Origin: Thecamonas trahens ATCC 50062
Taxonomy: Eukaryota; Protista; Apusomonadida
Assembly (NCBI RefSeq): GCF_000142905.1
Contig: NW_013657632.1
Location: 186,001-250,000, forward strand
Reading direction: 5' to 3'
DNA: 64,000 nt
A program made the translations under genes and the position numbers. Of this stretch, positions 1 to 10,270 are shown piece after piece. The notes beneath the pieces were generated by a model. It saw only the letters and a program-made list of their open reading frames with translations. It did not search any database and was not told the origin of the DNA. The first letter of the stretch is position 1. Every line of letters begins with the position of its first letter.

Positions 1-178
1 CGGCCCGGCGCGAGTCTGCAGTCAGGCTAGCAGGCCCAGCCCGACCGGTGCATGCCCAGCAGGCGTCGGAGCCGAGCATGGCGCAGACGCAGCGGCAGCC
101 ACCATCGACGGCAAGGGAGGCATCTGGCAGGTCGCTTTCTCCCGTTGCGGCTTCAAACCACGCCACTGCTGTCGCCAT
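1..178 (-). CDS. Possible 5' end of an unknown gene running off the left edge
   Basis: ATG at 178 (MATAVAWFEAATGESDLP...) is open to position 1; no recognisable domain. Confidence 0.3.
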   Translation of the reverse strand, partial: MATAVAWFEAATGESDLPDASLAVDGGCRCVCAMLGSDACWACTGRAGPASLTADSRRA

Positions 179-329
179 GATCCTGCCACTCGGCCTTTTG
201 CCAGGGGAGAGCGTGAAGTGCGTGGCGCCAACTGGTCGTCATCCGCCACGTGACCCGTGGAACACGGTGGTTGGTTTGTGTCCATGAATTTGAACCATTG
301 GGAAGCAAATAATAGCAAGGGGACTGGAC

Positions 330-565
330 GGTCTTGATGGGGAACACACAATGGTGGCAATGGTCATGATTGGGAGCAATGGTCGCAATGGTTGCAATGG
401 TCACAATGGGCATAATCAAGAACAATGGTCACAATGGTCACAATGGGCATAATCAAGACAATGGTGGCAATGGTCACAATGGGCATAATCAAGAACAATG
501 GTGGCAATGGTCTTGATGGGGAACAGTAGTCACAAAGGTCTTGACCAGGCAGGAACAATGGTTAC
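330..565. repeat. Degenerate AT-rich minisatellite (CAATGGTCAC / GGGCATAATCAAG units)
   Basis: Reiterated CAATGG(T/G) 9-mers, three GGGCATAATCAAG copies, and a 17-bp direct repeat GGTCTTGATGGGGAACA at 330-346 and 509-525. Confidence 0.9.
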
Positions 566-1201
566 AATCGCCGGTTCGGCTGCTCGACATATCATCGGGA
601 TATAGACCTTGGCTGTGGCAAGGTGGTCAAGTAGAGGGAGGTCCGTCAAGTCATGCACTGCCGATGGATGTGTGCGGTGGTCAGATCAACCACCGCCGAC
701 TGCTCACGCCAAGCCGGTTGAAGATGGCAACGTACGTAATCAACCAGTCAATCTGTCTTCGATCACTATCATCTACAACCATCAGCGGCTGCGCAGAGAC
801 GACATGGCATGGCCATGGTGTTAGTCACGAACAACGGCGACAGTGGTCACATTCGCGAACAATGGTGACAACCGTGACAATCGGGAACGAAACCCACAAA
901 TGCCAACTCGCACGCCTTCATCCCCTCTCCGTCCATCATCTCTTCGCCCCTCGCACCATACATACATACGTACACTCCTTATGTAAACACCAGTAATGGC
1001 GGGGATCGGCCTGATAGGGGGGAGGGAGGGTGGGAGTCATGATTGTCGCGGATGCCTCAGCTTGGATAATATCGGGACCGCCACCAGATGAGCAGAGTGA
1101 TGCAGTCAAAGCTTCACGAAAGATTCCGACGACTCTCATCAAAAGGGCGAGGATACGATCAGCGCCGATCGAGATCGGGGCGCCAAAGCCTTGTCCCTTC
1201 C

Positions 1202-2440
1202 ATGTACACAGTTGATCCACTCGCTTCGTTCTTTGCTCCGAGTCACCGCTCACACATGTCGCCTGAGAGGTACACCCACCGTCGCAGCTCCGGGCCTCGG
1301 CCCAAGACGGTGTTCAGCTCCCGTGGCAGGCGGCCTCCGGACTGGCGCTCGGCATCGCGCTGGGAGGAGCGCCGCCACCCGCTGACCGGTGATCCATACT
1401 ACGTTGATACCTTTACCGGCGAGTCGTCGTGGGAACCGCCGCGGCACGAGGTTCGCCGCACGTCACCGGCGCACACGCGACGGCAGCAGCACGACGCCGT
1501 CCACGCTCGCGCCCATCGCCGTGCCCAAGAGCGTCGCAAGGCCGCCGCCCGCCAGCACGAGGCCCGCCGGGTGGCCGAGGCCGAGGCCCGCCGCCGGGCT
1601 TTGCCCGAGGTCCGCCACGCCTCTGCCATCGTCATCCAGGCAGCTGTCCGCGGCTGGCTCGTCCGCCGCTCCCACATCCTCGACCACCTCCGCGCTCTTC
1701 GCGATGTCATGCACAAGGTGACGGAGCTTGTCCGCGAGTTTGAGGCCAAGCTCGCAAACAACACCGCCCGCGAGGTCGACGCCGTCGGCCTTGGCGAGAT
1801 GCTCATGCATCACGGCATGCTCAAACTCGACTCGATCCCGTCGCACGGCTCAGACTTGGTCCGGGCTCGCCGCAAATCGCTCGTGGCCCTCATCCAGCGC
1901 TGGCTCGAGTTGGTCGACTCGTGGAAAGTTCGGCTCGCCGAGAAGGAGGCTATTGAGGACGCCATGCGCGAGAGCCCCACCGAGTCGGACACAGACAACA
2001 GCCCAGCTCCAGCCCCGGCCTCTACTGTCCCTATGTCGCCTCATGCCGCCGATGAGCCGCTCACCGAGCTTGAGCACGTCATCGTCTCGGCTTCCGACTC
2101 GAACGCTGGCGACGACGAGTCGAGCGCTGGAGACATGTTGGACGCGTCGTCGGCCTCGCACGATTTTGAGGTTATCGACGTCCGCTCAGGCGACACCGAC
2201 TCGGACATCGACCTCGAGTACGACCTGGTCGACATGGACGCATCTGACGCCGTGCTTGATGCTGACGTCCGGCCGCCAGTCCCGCCAAGAAGCTTCCCAG
2301 TCTCGGGCTCGCCTGCCGTCGACACCGAGTCTGACATCTCCGAGACGTCGGACGCGTACGCAATCGACACACCCGTGGTCACCATGAAGTGGGAGCCCGG
2401 CAAGACGTACGTCATCAACATCAACGACGTCGACGAGTGA
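1202..2440 (+). CDS. WW-IQ-BAG domain co-chaperone
   Basis: WW: RWEERRHPLTGDPYYVDTFTGESSWEPP. IQ: AIVIQAAVRGWLVRR. BAG: LGEMLMHHGMLKLDSI...VRARRKSLVALIQRWLELVD. Acidic C-terminal tail. Start is uncertain (1088, 1202 or 1256). Confidence 0.85.
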   Translation: MYTVDPLASFFAPSHRSHMSPERYTHRRSSGPRPKTVFSSRGRRPPDWRSASRWEERRHPLTGDPYYVDTFTGESSWEPPRHEVRRTSPAHTRRQQHDAVHARAHRRAQERRKAAARQHEARRVAEAEARRRALPEVRHASAIVIQAAVRGWLVRRSHILDHLRALRDVMHKVTELVREFEAKLANNTAREVDAVGLGEMLMHHGMLKLDSIPSHGSDLVRARRKSLVALIQRWLELVDSWKVRLAEKEAIEDAMRESPTESDTDNSPAPAPASTVPMSPHAADEPLTELEHVIVSASDSNAGDDESSAGDMLDASSASHDFEVIDVRSGDTDSDIDLEYDLVDMDASDAVLDADVRPPVPPRSFPVSGSPAVDTESDISETSDAYAIDTPVVTMKWEPGKTYVININDVDE

Positions 2441-2461
2441 TCCAGCACCATGCAGAGCGCG

Positions 2462-5182
2462 TCATGCAAACGCGCGGTCCATCTTCTCCGCAACCGTCTC
2501 GGGCATATACTTGAGGTACTTGTACAAGTTCTTGGTAAACGAGACGTCACGATACCGCGCCACAAACTGAGTGTACAGCGGGAGCAATCGCTCCTTTGAT
2601 TCGGCCTTGAGCGCGTCGCGGAGCTCCGGATCCGCCACCGTGTACGTTGCCGCGGCCGCTGTGATGGCCTCAAACTCGGCGTTGAACTTGGAGAACCGGC
2701 TCTTGATGTTTTCGCGGTCAGACTTGGACAGCTTGGCCGACTCGCCTCCCGATGCCTTCAGCGCAAGGTTCTTGTCGAGCAAATGCGTCATGGCCGCATC
2801 CCACGTCCGCTGGTACTTTTCGCGGGCCCGCGCCTCCTGAGCCTCAAACTCGCCCACCAGCGCGCCCGGGACGACCGAGGCGAGGCCCGACGACCGGACC
2901 GAGCTCACGATGTAGTGAAAGTTGTTGAGGAGAAAGATGTGCCGCAGCGAGTCGACCTTGTAGCTCCTCGCCTTGGCGTGGATGTTATCCTCGAGCGTGC
3001 GGAGGACCTTGCACATGTACTCGCCCAGCGGCGTTGTCGCTGCCCGCGCTTCGCCGCTGCCGCTCGCCTCGCCCGCCTCGCGCCACGACACCGCTGGCAG
3101 CCGCGATTGCAGCAGCGCCTCGTAGTCGAGCAGCGCCCGGGCGTAGCCGAGCGTGTTGGCGGTGTGCTCCGAGACGGTTCCATCCTTGGGAACTTGCTTG
3201 GCAGAGTGCGATGCCACCGAGGCCACAAACGACGTCAGCCACGCCCGCAATGCTCCGTTGAGCGAGTCCATAAATTTGGAGAGGCCAGTGGCAAGACCGA
3301 TGCCATCGACGCCGCGCAGCACGCTCGCAAACGCCACAAAAGTCTCTGACAGCACGCCGACCACGTCCATCGTCACCAGCGGCCGCATAGACTCCTCACT
3401 CCGCGCCACTGCCCCGCTCCCGACCTCAACGAGGTAGTCCACCGAGGCCTCGACCACGGTCTTAAAGTTGGCATCAAACGAGTCGAGCGTAAAGAGCCGC
3501 GTCGCAAACTCGCGCTCGGCCTCGGCCATCCCGAGAAAGCTCTGCACCAGCTTCAGGTACGGCAGCGAGCCCTTGGTGTACCAGTGGACGTGGGGTCCAG
3601 TCTCGGCCGACCGCGCCCGGCGCCGCCCGCTCCGTCGCCTGCTCCCACTCTTCGCCGGTGCGTCCGCTCCGAGCGCCACAGCCTCGGCCTTGAGCGACGC
3701 CATCAGGCCGGTTCGCCTCGCGCTCGCCAGCACTGCCTCATGCGCGGTGTACCGCGCTCCGCTCAGCGCCGGCGCCACATCGAGGAGCAGGCTTGCGGCA
3801 TCTGACGCCACCGGCCACGCCCCCTCGACTCCGACGTACTCGGCCGCAAGGCGCGCCTTGGCGCACGACGTCGTCGCTACCCGCGCCACCATCTCGCCTA
3901 CATTCTCCAAGCCCTTGGCCCGCATGGTCCGCAGTGTCGCCGCCGTCGCCTTAGCATCGGCATACTCGGGGTGCGCTCCAAAGAACGCCAGCGCCGCGTC
4001 GATCCGCTCCACAGCCCGGACCACCGGCTTGTACCGTTCCTGTCGGGCAGGCTGCGAGACAACCTGGGCCAGCTCACCAGGCACCGCGTAGTGCGCCAGC
4101 GCCTCCTCCAGCAACTCTGTCGTCGCCTCGAGATTGGCGTGCGTCGTTTGCAGCTGGGAGGTGACCGTGTGGATGGGGACGACCAGCGACTCGACCACGT
4201 CGAGCTTGGCCTCGACCGCCTCTAGTCCGCTCCGCAGGTTGCCTGCGGCATCCTTGGCCCGTCCTAGCGCGTCGCGGAACGACGTGAGCATCGCCGAGTC
4301 GCGCGCCACCGCTGCCTCCAGCTCGGCGAGCGCCGCCTCCTGCGCTGCCATGTGGTCCGGCATCGGCGTCCCCGGCACCGTCGCGTACAGCTCTTCCTGC
4401 AGCAACTTGTCTGTCAGAGAAAGCTCTTGCTTCACCTGGCCCTGCGCCAGAGCCAGCCAAGCATCCGACTTGAGCTCGTGGTCGAGCGCAGACGCAAATA
4501 TCGATGACCGCTGCCGCGCCCCGCCTGTCAACTGCGCCCGCCGCCGCTCGCGCCGCTTGCGCCGGGCTCGCGCTGCTTCGGCAGAGCTGCCGAGTCTCTC
4601 GCCCTCGTCAGTCCATGATCTCGAGCCCGAGTACGAGTAATCGACCGTGTACGACTCGCTCCCGCTGTCAGCCTCGCCGATGCTCTCGTCCTCCCGCCCG
4701 CGGTCGGCCTGGATCTTGCTAGCCGATCGATTGAGGACTCGTGCAGCCTGCGAGAGCTTTGGATGCGACCGCAGAATGTCCCAGCCGTGCTTCCGCGGCG
4801 TCCGCGGTGTCGCCTGTCCCCCATCGCCAGACTCGCGAGGCGCCGCTTGCGCCCGAGCTGGCGTTGGTGTAGGGGCTGGTGGTGCACGCGCTGGTGCTGG
4901 TGCTCGAGCTCGGGCCGCTGACCGAGCGGCCGGGACAGGTGCCTCGCTTCCACTCTCGCTTTCCGAGCTGCTTCCACATGAGAACGAGCTGCTGTCTGAA
5001 CCAGCGGTAGCTCGCGTCTGCGCTCGGTCCGGCGGGCGAGCCGGAACTGCAGGCGCCGGTCTTGCCGCTGACGCCGCCGAGGAGGGCGGCAGCGGAGGGA
5101 CGGCCGGCGGCGGGCCGCTGCTGGCGCTAGAGCCGCTCTGAGACGAGGTGGAAAAGTCCAACGAGGTCGATGACGACGCCAT
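2462..5182 (-). CDS. EXOC7: Exocyst subunit Exo70
   Basis: VPKDGTVSEHTANTL, IFLLNNFHYI, DRENIKSRFSKFNAEFE, VADPELRDAL, FTKNLYKYLKY are typical Exo70 C-terminal motifs. Likely start MASSSTS at 5182, with a low-complexity N-terminus. Confidence 0.93.
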   Translation of the reverse strand: MASSSTSLDFSTSSQSGSSASSGPPPAVPPLPPSSAASAARPAPAVPARPPDRAQTRATAGSDSSSFSCGSSSESESGSEAPVPAARSAARARAPAPARAPPAPTPTPARAQAAPRESGDGGQATPRTPRKHGWDILRSHPKLSQAARVLNRSASKIQADRGREDESIGEADSGSESYTVDYSYSGSRSWTDEGERLGSSAEAARARRKRRERRRAQLTGGARQRSSIFASALDHELKSDAWLALAQGQVKQELSLTDKLLQEELYATVPGTPMPDHMAAQEAALAELEAAVARDSAMLTSFRDALGRAKDAAGNLRSGLEAVEAKLDVVESLVVPIHTVTSQLQTTHANLEATTELLEEALAHYAVPGELAQVVSQPARQERYKPVVRAVERIDAALAFFGAHPEYADAKATAATLRTMRAKGLENVGEMVARVATTSCAKARLAAEYVGVEGAWPVASDAASLLLDVAPALSGARYTAHEAVLASARRTGLMASLKAEAVALGADAPAKSGSRRRSGRRRARSAETGPHVHWYTKGSLPYLKLVQSFLGMAEAEREFATRLFTLDSFDANFKTVVEASVDYLVEVGSGAVARSEESMRPLVTMDVVGVLSETFVAFASVLRGVDGIGLATGLSKFMDSLNGALRAWLTSFVASVASHSAKQVPKDGTVSEHTANTLGYARALLDYEALLQSRLPAVSWREAGEASGSGEARAATTPLGEYMCKVLRTLEDNIHAKARSYKVDSLRHIFLLNNFHYIVSSVRSSGLASVVPGALVGEFEAQEARAREKYQRTWDAAMTHLLDKNLALKASGGESAKLSKSDRENIKSRFSKFNAEFEAITAAAATYTVADPELRDALKAESKERLLPLYTQFVARYRDVSFTKNLYKYLKYMPETVAEKMDRAFA

Positions 5183-5296
5183 TTCTGCCGTCAGCGGCGG
5201 GGAAAGACGGGTCTGTCCCGTTGTATCCCGTGGCCTGTGTGAAGGGTGGAGGGGGAGGGAGGCGAGGTGAGGGTGTGGGGCAAATCGACGACATCG

Positions 5297-5345
5297 ACGA
5301 TTAATCGTTGACGACATGATTCGATTAATCGATGACGACATGATA
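5297..5345. promoter_or_regulatory. Tandem 24-bp unit with CGATTAATCG palindromes in the Exo70/Rab7 divergent intergenic region
   Basis: ACGATTAATCGT (5297-5308) and TCGATTAATCGA (5321-5332) lie 24 bp apart; function is inferred only from position. Confidence 0.35.
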
Positions 5346-5636
5346 AATAGTGAAGAGCCCCAGGGGATGTACATTATCCCCTTCCCTGACTTGATCGTCC
5401 TACCGTATGCCCTCAGCCGCACTTTGGGCATACAGTGCCATGGCAATTGTTTTCGGGTTGGAAGGGATGGATGGTGGGAGGGGCAGGGCATGCGGGCAAG
5501 TCACGCGCCGAAACGGTGTGTGGAAGACAGCAACCAGGGGAGGAAGGGAAGGTGTATTCGAAGCGTGGCCACAAAACCAGGCAGCCTTTCGTGACCACCG
5601 TCTGACATTCCTCTCATCTCTACAAACAGGAAGACC

Positions 5637-6859
5637 ATGGCGACGCGCAAGAAGGTCCTGCTGAAGGTCATTATCCTTGGCGACTCGGGGTACGTTCTCC
5701 ACTTCTCAAATCTTTCTCCTGCCTTGTTCTGCCCTCCCCTAGTACCCCCCCCTTGCCCACCCCCGCACGCCGTCGGGTGGATGGCCCGTCGCGCGGTCAG
5801 AATGTGGAACACGCTCCGCCCCTTCGGGTGTACCCTCGGCCTGCCTTTGACCTGGGAGGTCTGACGGGGAAAGACACGGCCGACAGAACACACAAGGATG
5901 AGACATGCCCATGTGTGGCCACGTATCCGTCTTCCCCTCCCCCTGCCCCCCTCCCCCCCTGTGAGGTTTGTCCCGTCGTGCCTACCCTCCCCCCCCCCTT
6001 TGCCGTCGCAAAGGCTATTGGTGCGATTTTTGCGCCTTTGGTGGAAGCACCCCGCCGTCGCCATGTTGGCGCAGGGCGTGACCCGTGGAAGCCGTGCTAC
6101 GCCACGAATCGGCGGCAGGATGTAGGGGCATGTAGCCATGGTGGTCCGTAGATTGCTGCGGAGGTTGCCGGTGGATTAGCGTGTGTGTAGAGGCGGTGCA
6201 GGGCATGGCGCCTGTCAGCCCGAGTGGGGGGCGGCGAGTGTCACATGCGACCGTCACAGTCGGCACGGCGCGCACGACTCACACAGTAGGACAGTGTGGG
6301 CAAGACCTCGCTGATGAACCAGTACGTGAACAGCAAGTTCTCGTCGCAGTACAAGGCTACCATTGGGGCCGACTTTCTGACCAAGGAGGTGATGGTTGAG
6401 GACCGGCTGGTGACGATGCAGATCTGGGACACGGCTGGGCAGGAGCGGTTCCAGTCGCTCGGCGTTGCCTTCTACCGCGGTGCCGACTGCTGCGTCCTCG
6501 TGTTCGACGTCAACCTTCCCAAGACCTTCGAGAATCTTGACTCGTGGCGCGATGAGTTCCTTATCCAGGCCGGCCCGCGCGACCCGGACAACTTTCCGTT
6601 TGTCGTCCTTGGCAACAAGATCGACCTGGAAGACCAGCGCCGCATCTCGACCAAGCGTGCGATGACCTGGTGCACCCTCAAGGGCAACATCCCCTACTTT
6701 GAGACATCAGCCAAGGAGAACGTCGAAGTTGAGCAGGCCTTCCACACCATTGCCAAGAACGCTCTCAAGCAGGAGAACGATGTCGACCTCGGCTTCCCGC
6801 CCCCGTCGGCTATCAAGCTCCATGACCCGCCCCCGAAGCAGAAGAAGGGCTGCTGCTGA
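5637..6859 (+). CDS. RAB7: Rab7 GTPase, 2 exons (5637-5689, 6295-6859)
   Basis: [18 protein letters not shown]|[38 protein letters not shown]-terminal GCC. Intron 5690-6294 runs GTACGT...GACTCAC...ACAG and restores the P-loop. Confidence 0.97.
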
Positions 6860-7223
6860 TCGCACTGACTCGCATCCCGTGTTGGTCATGTGCGTCGCGC
6901 TTTCTCTCGACCCTTTTCACCCTTGCTCTCGCCTCCTCCTCGCCCTCGATCCTTGCCACCCTTGTCACCTCTTGCCACCCCACCTCCACCACCACCTTCC
7001 CATCCATCCGTGCCATCTGTTTACCCTCCAGTACACACCCGTGCTTCTCCCCAGTCTTGTGCCTTCTCTCTCTTTTTTTTTTCCTACCTTTGGCTCTCTA
7101 CTACCCTCCACGTGGCTGCTCACCCCACCGCAAGCTGTCGGCCCAAAGCCACCCACTTTTGCGGAGCGCACCGAGGGGGGGAAAGAGGAGGCACCCCACT
7201 TCCAACCACCTCCCATCACCCAC

Positions 7224-8249
7224 ATGTCCAACCTCAAGCCGTTCATCCGCGTGGCCGTCACTGGCGCTGCGGGACAAATCTGCTACTCGCTCCTCGCCAA
7301 CATCTGCAAGGGCGAGATGTTTGGTGCCGACCAGCCTGTCGTCCTGCATCTTCTGGACATCACGCCTGCCCTCGGCGCTCTCCGCGGGGTGACACTCGAG
7401 CTGGAGGACTGCTCCTTCCCGCTGCTGGTCGACTTTGTGGTGACCGACAAGCCTGCCGAGGCCTTTGCCGATGTCGACGTCGCCATTCTTGTCGGCGCCA
7501 TGCCCCGCCGCGAGGGCATGGTCCGCGCCGATCTGCTCAAGGCCAACGCCGGGATCTTCAAGGCCCAGGGTGCCGCCCTTGCCGCACACGCCAAGCCCTC
7601 GGTCCGTGTGCTAGTGGTGGGCAACCCGGCGAACACCAACGCGCTCATTGCCCTCACTACCGGCTCGTCGCTCCCCAAGTCGGCCTTTACTGCCCTCACC
7701 TTCCTCGACCACAACCGCCTCAAGGCGCAGGTCGCCTGCAAGCTCGGCGTCGCTGTTGCTGACGTCCGCAACACCTTTATTTGGGGCAACCATTCCAAGA
7801 CCCAGTACCCGGACGTCTCGCACGGCACTGTCACCAACGCTGATGGCTCGTTGTCGCGCGTCATGGATCTCGCCGAGTCGGCCTGGGCCCGCGACGAGCT
7901 CGTCACCACCGTCCAGACCCGCGGCGCCGCCGTCATCAAGGCCCGCAAGCTCTCGTCCGCCATGTCGGCCGCTAAGGCCATCACCGACCACATGCGCACT
8001 TGGTGGTTCGGGACCGAGCCCGACGACATCGTCTCCATGGCCATCTATTCGGACGGCACCCACTACGGCGTTGCCGAAGGTATTATCTTCTCCTTCCCCG
8101 TCACCATCGACGCGGCCACTGGCGACATTAATGTCGTCGATGGCCTCGACATCGACGCCTTCTCGCAGAGCATGCTCGACAAGACCCAGGCCGAGCTGAT
8201 CGACGAGCGCGAAGCCGCCCTTGCCTTCCTCGCCGAGTCGAACCTCTAA
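7224..8249 (+). CDS. MDH1: Cytosolic malate dehydrogenase
   Basis: RVAVTGAAGQICYSL, GAMPRREGM, VVGNPANTN, IWGNHSKTQYPD, RKLSSAMSAAKA. Confidence 0.96.
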   Translation: MSNLKPFIRVAVTGAAGQICYSLLANICKGEMFGADQPVVLHLLDITPALGALRGVTLELEDCSFPLLVDFVVTDKPAEAFADVDVAILVGAMPRREGMVRADLLKANAGIFKAQGAALAAHAKPSVRVLVVGNPANTNALIALTTGSSLPKSAFTALTFLDHNRLKAQVACKLGVAVADVRNTFIWGNHSKTQYPDVSHGTVTNADGSLSRVMDLAESAWARDELVTTVQTRGAAVIKARKLSSAMSAAKAITDHMRTWWFGTEPDDIVSMAIYSDGTHYGVAEGIIFSFPVTIDAATGDINVVDGLDIDAFSQSMLDKTQAELIDEREAALAFLAESNL

Positions 8250-8401
8250 CCACTCCCGCCGCACCTGCAGCCGCAATCCCGTAGTCGCCGCCCAGTTAAG
8301 CGCCCATCGCATCATCATCATCATCATCATCATCATTGTCATCCATCACTGCCCAGCCTTGTGGCCGTAGCCGTAGCCCAGCCGACTTTGCACCTGACTC
8401 G

Positions 8402-10270
8402 ATGACCACTCCCGCCCGTGTCACCGAGCAGGCGCATGCCCTGACAACCAAGCTGTCGCAAGCAACCACACCCCATGCCATCCGCCTCCTTGCAGCTGCC
8501 GACGCAGGTGTGTATGCTGGCTCCACCCCATACCCAGGCCTTGTCGACCCGCCCCTGCTGGAGGCTGCGGCGGCGGCTGCCGCTCTCCTGGCTCCGGCTC
8601 TCCGTTCAGCGGCGGCTGACGAAACCCTGGTGGTGCTCGGCGGATGTGGAACGTCCGGTCGGCTGGCCTTCCTCACCGCCACTGCCTACAACGCCGTGGC
8701 TCCGGCGCCTCGCTTTGCCTACACCCTCGCCGGTGGCGACGTGGCCCTGGTCCTCTCGCGCGAGCTACCCGAAGACGATCCGCACCTCGGGGCCGACGAC
8801 CTAGCTGCCGCCATTGCCTCTGCGCCCTCTCCGCCAGCTCACGTTGTCTACGTCGGCATCTCGTGCGGGCTCTCGGCGCCGTATGTTGCTGGTCAGATCG
8901 AGTACATGCTCCACCACTACGCTGCCGATCCGGCCTCGGGTGCCATTCTCATCGGCTTCAATCCAGCCGAGCTCGCTCGTGACGCGCCCATCGAGGGCTG
9001 GCCGCATACTTTTGCTTCGCTTCTCAACGGGCGGTTTGCAGACGCGGCCGCGGCTGCTCCGGCCTCGTGGATTTTGCTCAACCCGGTCATTGGTCCCGAG
9101 CCGGTCGCTGGCTCGTCGCGGATGAAGGGCGGATCCGCCACTAAGGTCCTTCTCGACACTGTCCTCGCTGGCGCCGCCACCATCGCGGCTGGCGCCAAGG
9201 CCGCAAGCCCAGGACTGCTGCTCAAATGCTTCAACTCGCTTGACAACGCTAGTGTCGCCGCCTACGGTGCCGGGCCGGCACTGGTGGATCTTGTCGACGC
9301 CGCCGCTGCAGCCGTCCGCGGCGGCGGCCACATCTACTACGTCGGCGGTGGCGATGCCGCAACGCTGGGCGTCATTGATGTCTCGGAGATGGTGGACACC
9401 TACGGTGCACCACCCGATCAGATCCGTGCCTTTGTGGCACGCGGTTGGGCCGCGCTCCGTAACGCCGAGGGCGACATGATCGCTGCCCATCCCGACTCGC
9501 CGCTGCTGGACATTTCGCTGGATGCCTTTGTCGCGCTTGTTGTGCCGAGCCTCACCGCAAACGACCTTGTCGTCGGCCTCATGCCTACTGCCGCCGAGTC
9601 GGCCGCCGATGGTGGCAATGCCGCTGCTGCCGTCATGGCCGCGCTCCGTGGTGCGCTGGAGCTTCCGTCGCCGGCGGCGACCCCAGTCCTTGGTCTGGTT
9701 GCCATCGGCGAGCCGGGGCTCGTCGGGGACGCTCGCTACGAGTGGGATAGCCTCGTTGGCCTTGCCACCGCCGCCGTCACCGTCAATTTGCGCGGGCCGA
9801 GTCCTTACACGCTACCCGGCGAGGCGACGACACTGGCGGTCGAGGCAAGGGCCCACCTTGCGCTGAAGATCATCCTCAACACGGTGACGACACTTGCCAA
9901 GGTCGCCGAGGGCGTCGTCTTTGGCAACCGCATGATCAACATGGGCATCAACAACAACAAGCTCTACTACCGGGCCATCGACATGATTGCCACACTTATG
10001 GCGGTTCCGACGCAGCGGGCACACGCTTGCCTCCTGGGCGCCATCTACGGTGCGCCGGGGCTTGCCGAAGCTGCGGCCGCAGGCGTCGACGATGAGGGCG
10101 CTGAACGGGTCCGCCACCACATCGAGATTGCTACGCCGCGCGCTAATGTGCTTCCGCGGGCGCTGCTCCTCGCGGGTCTCGGTGACGACGCTCTTGACAC
10201 TCTCGATGACCTGCTCGCCTCGGAGCCATCGGTGGCGCGGGTGCTCGAGGCGCACGGGCTTGTTTGTTAA
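8402..10270 (+). CDS. GCKR: Glucokinase regulatory protein-like (double SIS, MurQ-derived)
   Basis: GCGTSGRLAF, GISCGLSAPYVAGQ, IGFNPAELARDAPIEGW, GPEPVAGSSRMKGGSATK, KIILNTVTT, NNKLYYRA match the vertebrate GKRP motif order; about 620 aa. Confidence 0.85.
   Translation: MTTPARVTEQAHALTTKLSQATTPHAIRLLAAADAGVYAGSTPYPGLVDPPLLEAAAAAAALLAPALRSAAADETLVVLGGCGTSGRLAFLTATAYNAVAPAPRFAYTLAGGDVALVLSRELPEDDPHLGADDLAAAIASAPSPPAHVVYVGISCGLSAPYVAGQIEYMLHHYAADPASGAILIGFNPAELARDAPIEGWPHTFASLLNGRFADAAAAAPASWILLNPVIGPEPVAGSSRMKGGSATKVLLDTVLAGAATIAAGAKAASPGLLLKCFNSLDNASVAAYGAGPALVDLVDAAAAAVRGGGHIYYVGGGDAATLGVIDVSEMVDTYGAPPDQIRAFVARGWAALRNAEGDMIAAHPDSPLLDISLDAFVALVVPSLTANDLVVGLMPTAAESAADGGNAAAAVMAALRGALELPSPAATPVLGLVAIGEPGLVGDARYEWDSLVGLATAAVTVNLRGPSPYTLPGEATTLAVEARAHLALKIILNTVTTLAKVAEGVVFGNRMINMGINNNKLYYRAIDMIATLMAVPTQRAHACLLGAIYGAPGLAEAAAAGVDDEGAERVRHHIEIATPRANVLPRALLLAGLGDDALDTLDDLLASEPSVARVLEAHGLVC

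Noticed and set aside
851-1128. Heat-shock elements upstream of the BAG gene (TTCgcGAA, TTCacGAA)
   Set aside because: Only two-unit matches, expected by chance.
5690-6294. snoRNA in the 605-nt Rab7 intron
   Set aside because: No convincing C/D pair with an rRNA-complementary guide was found by eye.
6699-7223. Long upstream extensions of MDH1 (and Exo70 5183-5491)
   Set aside because: Pyrimidine-rich intergenic sequence; homology and codon bias begin at the later ATGs.
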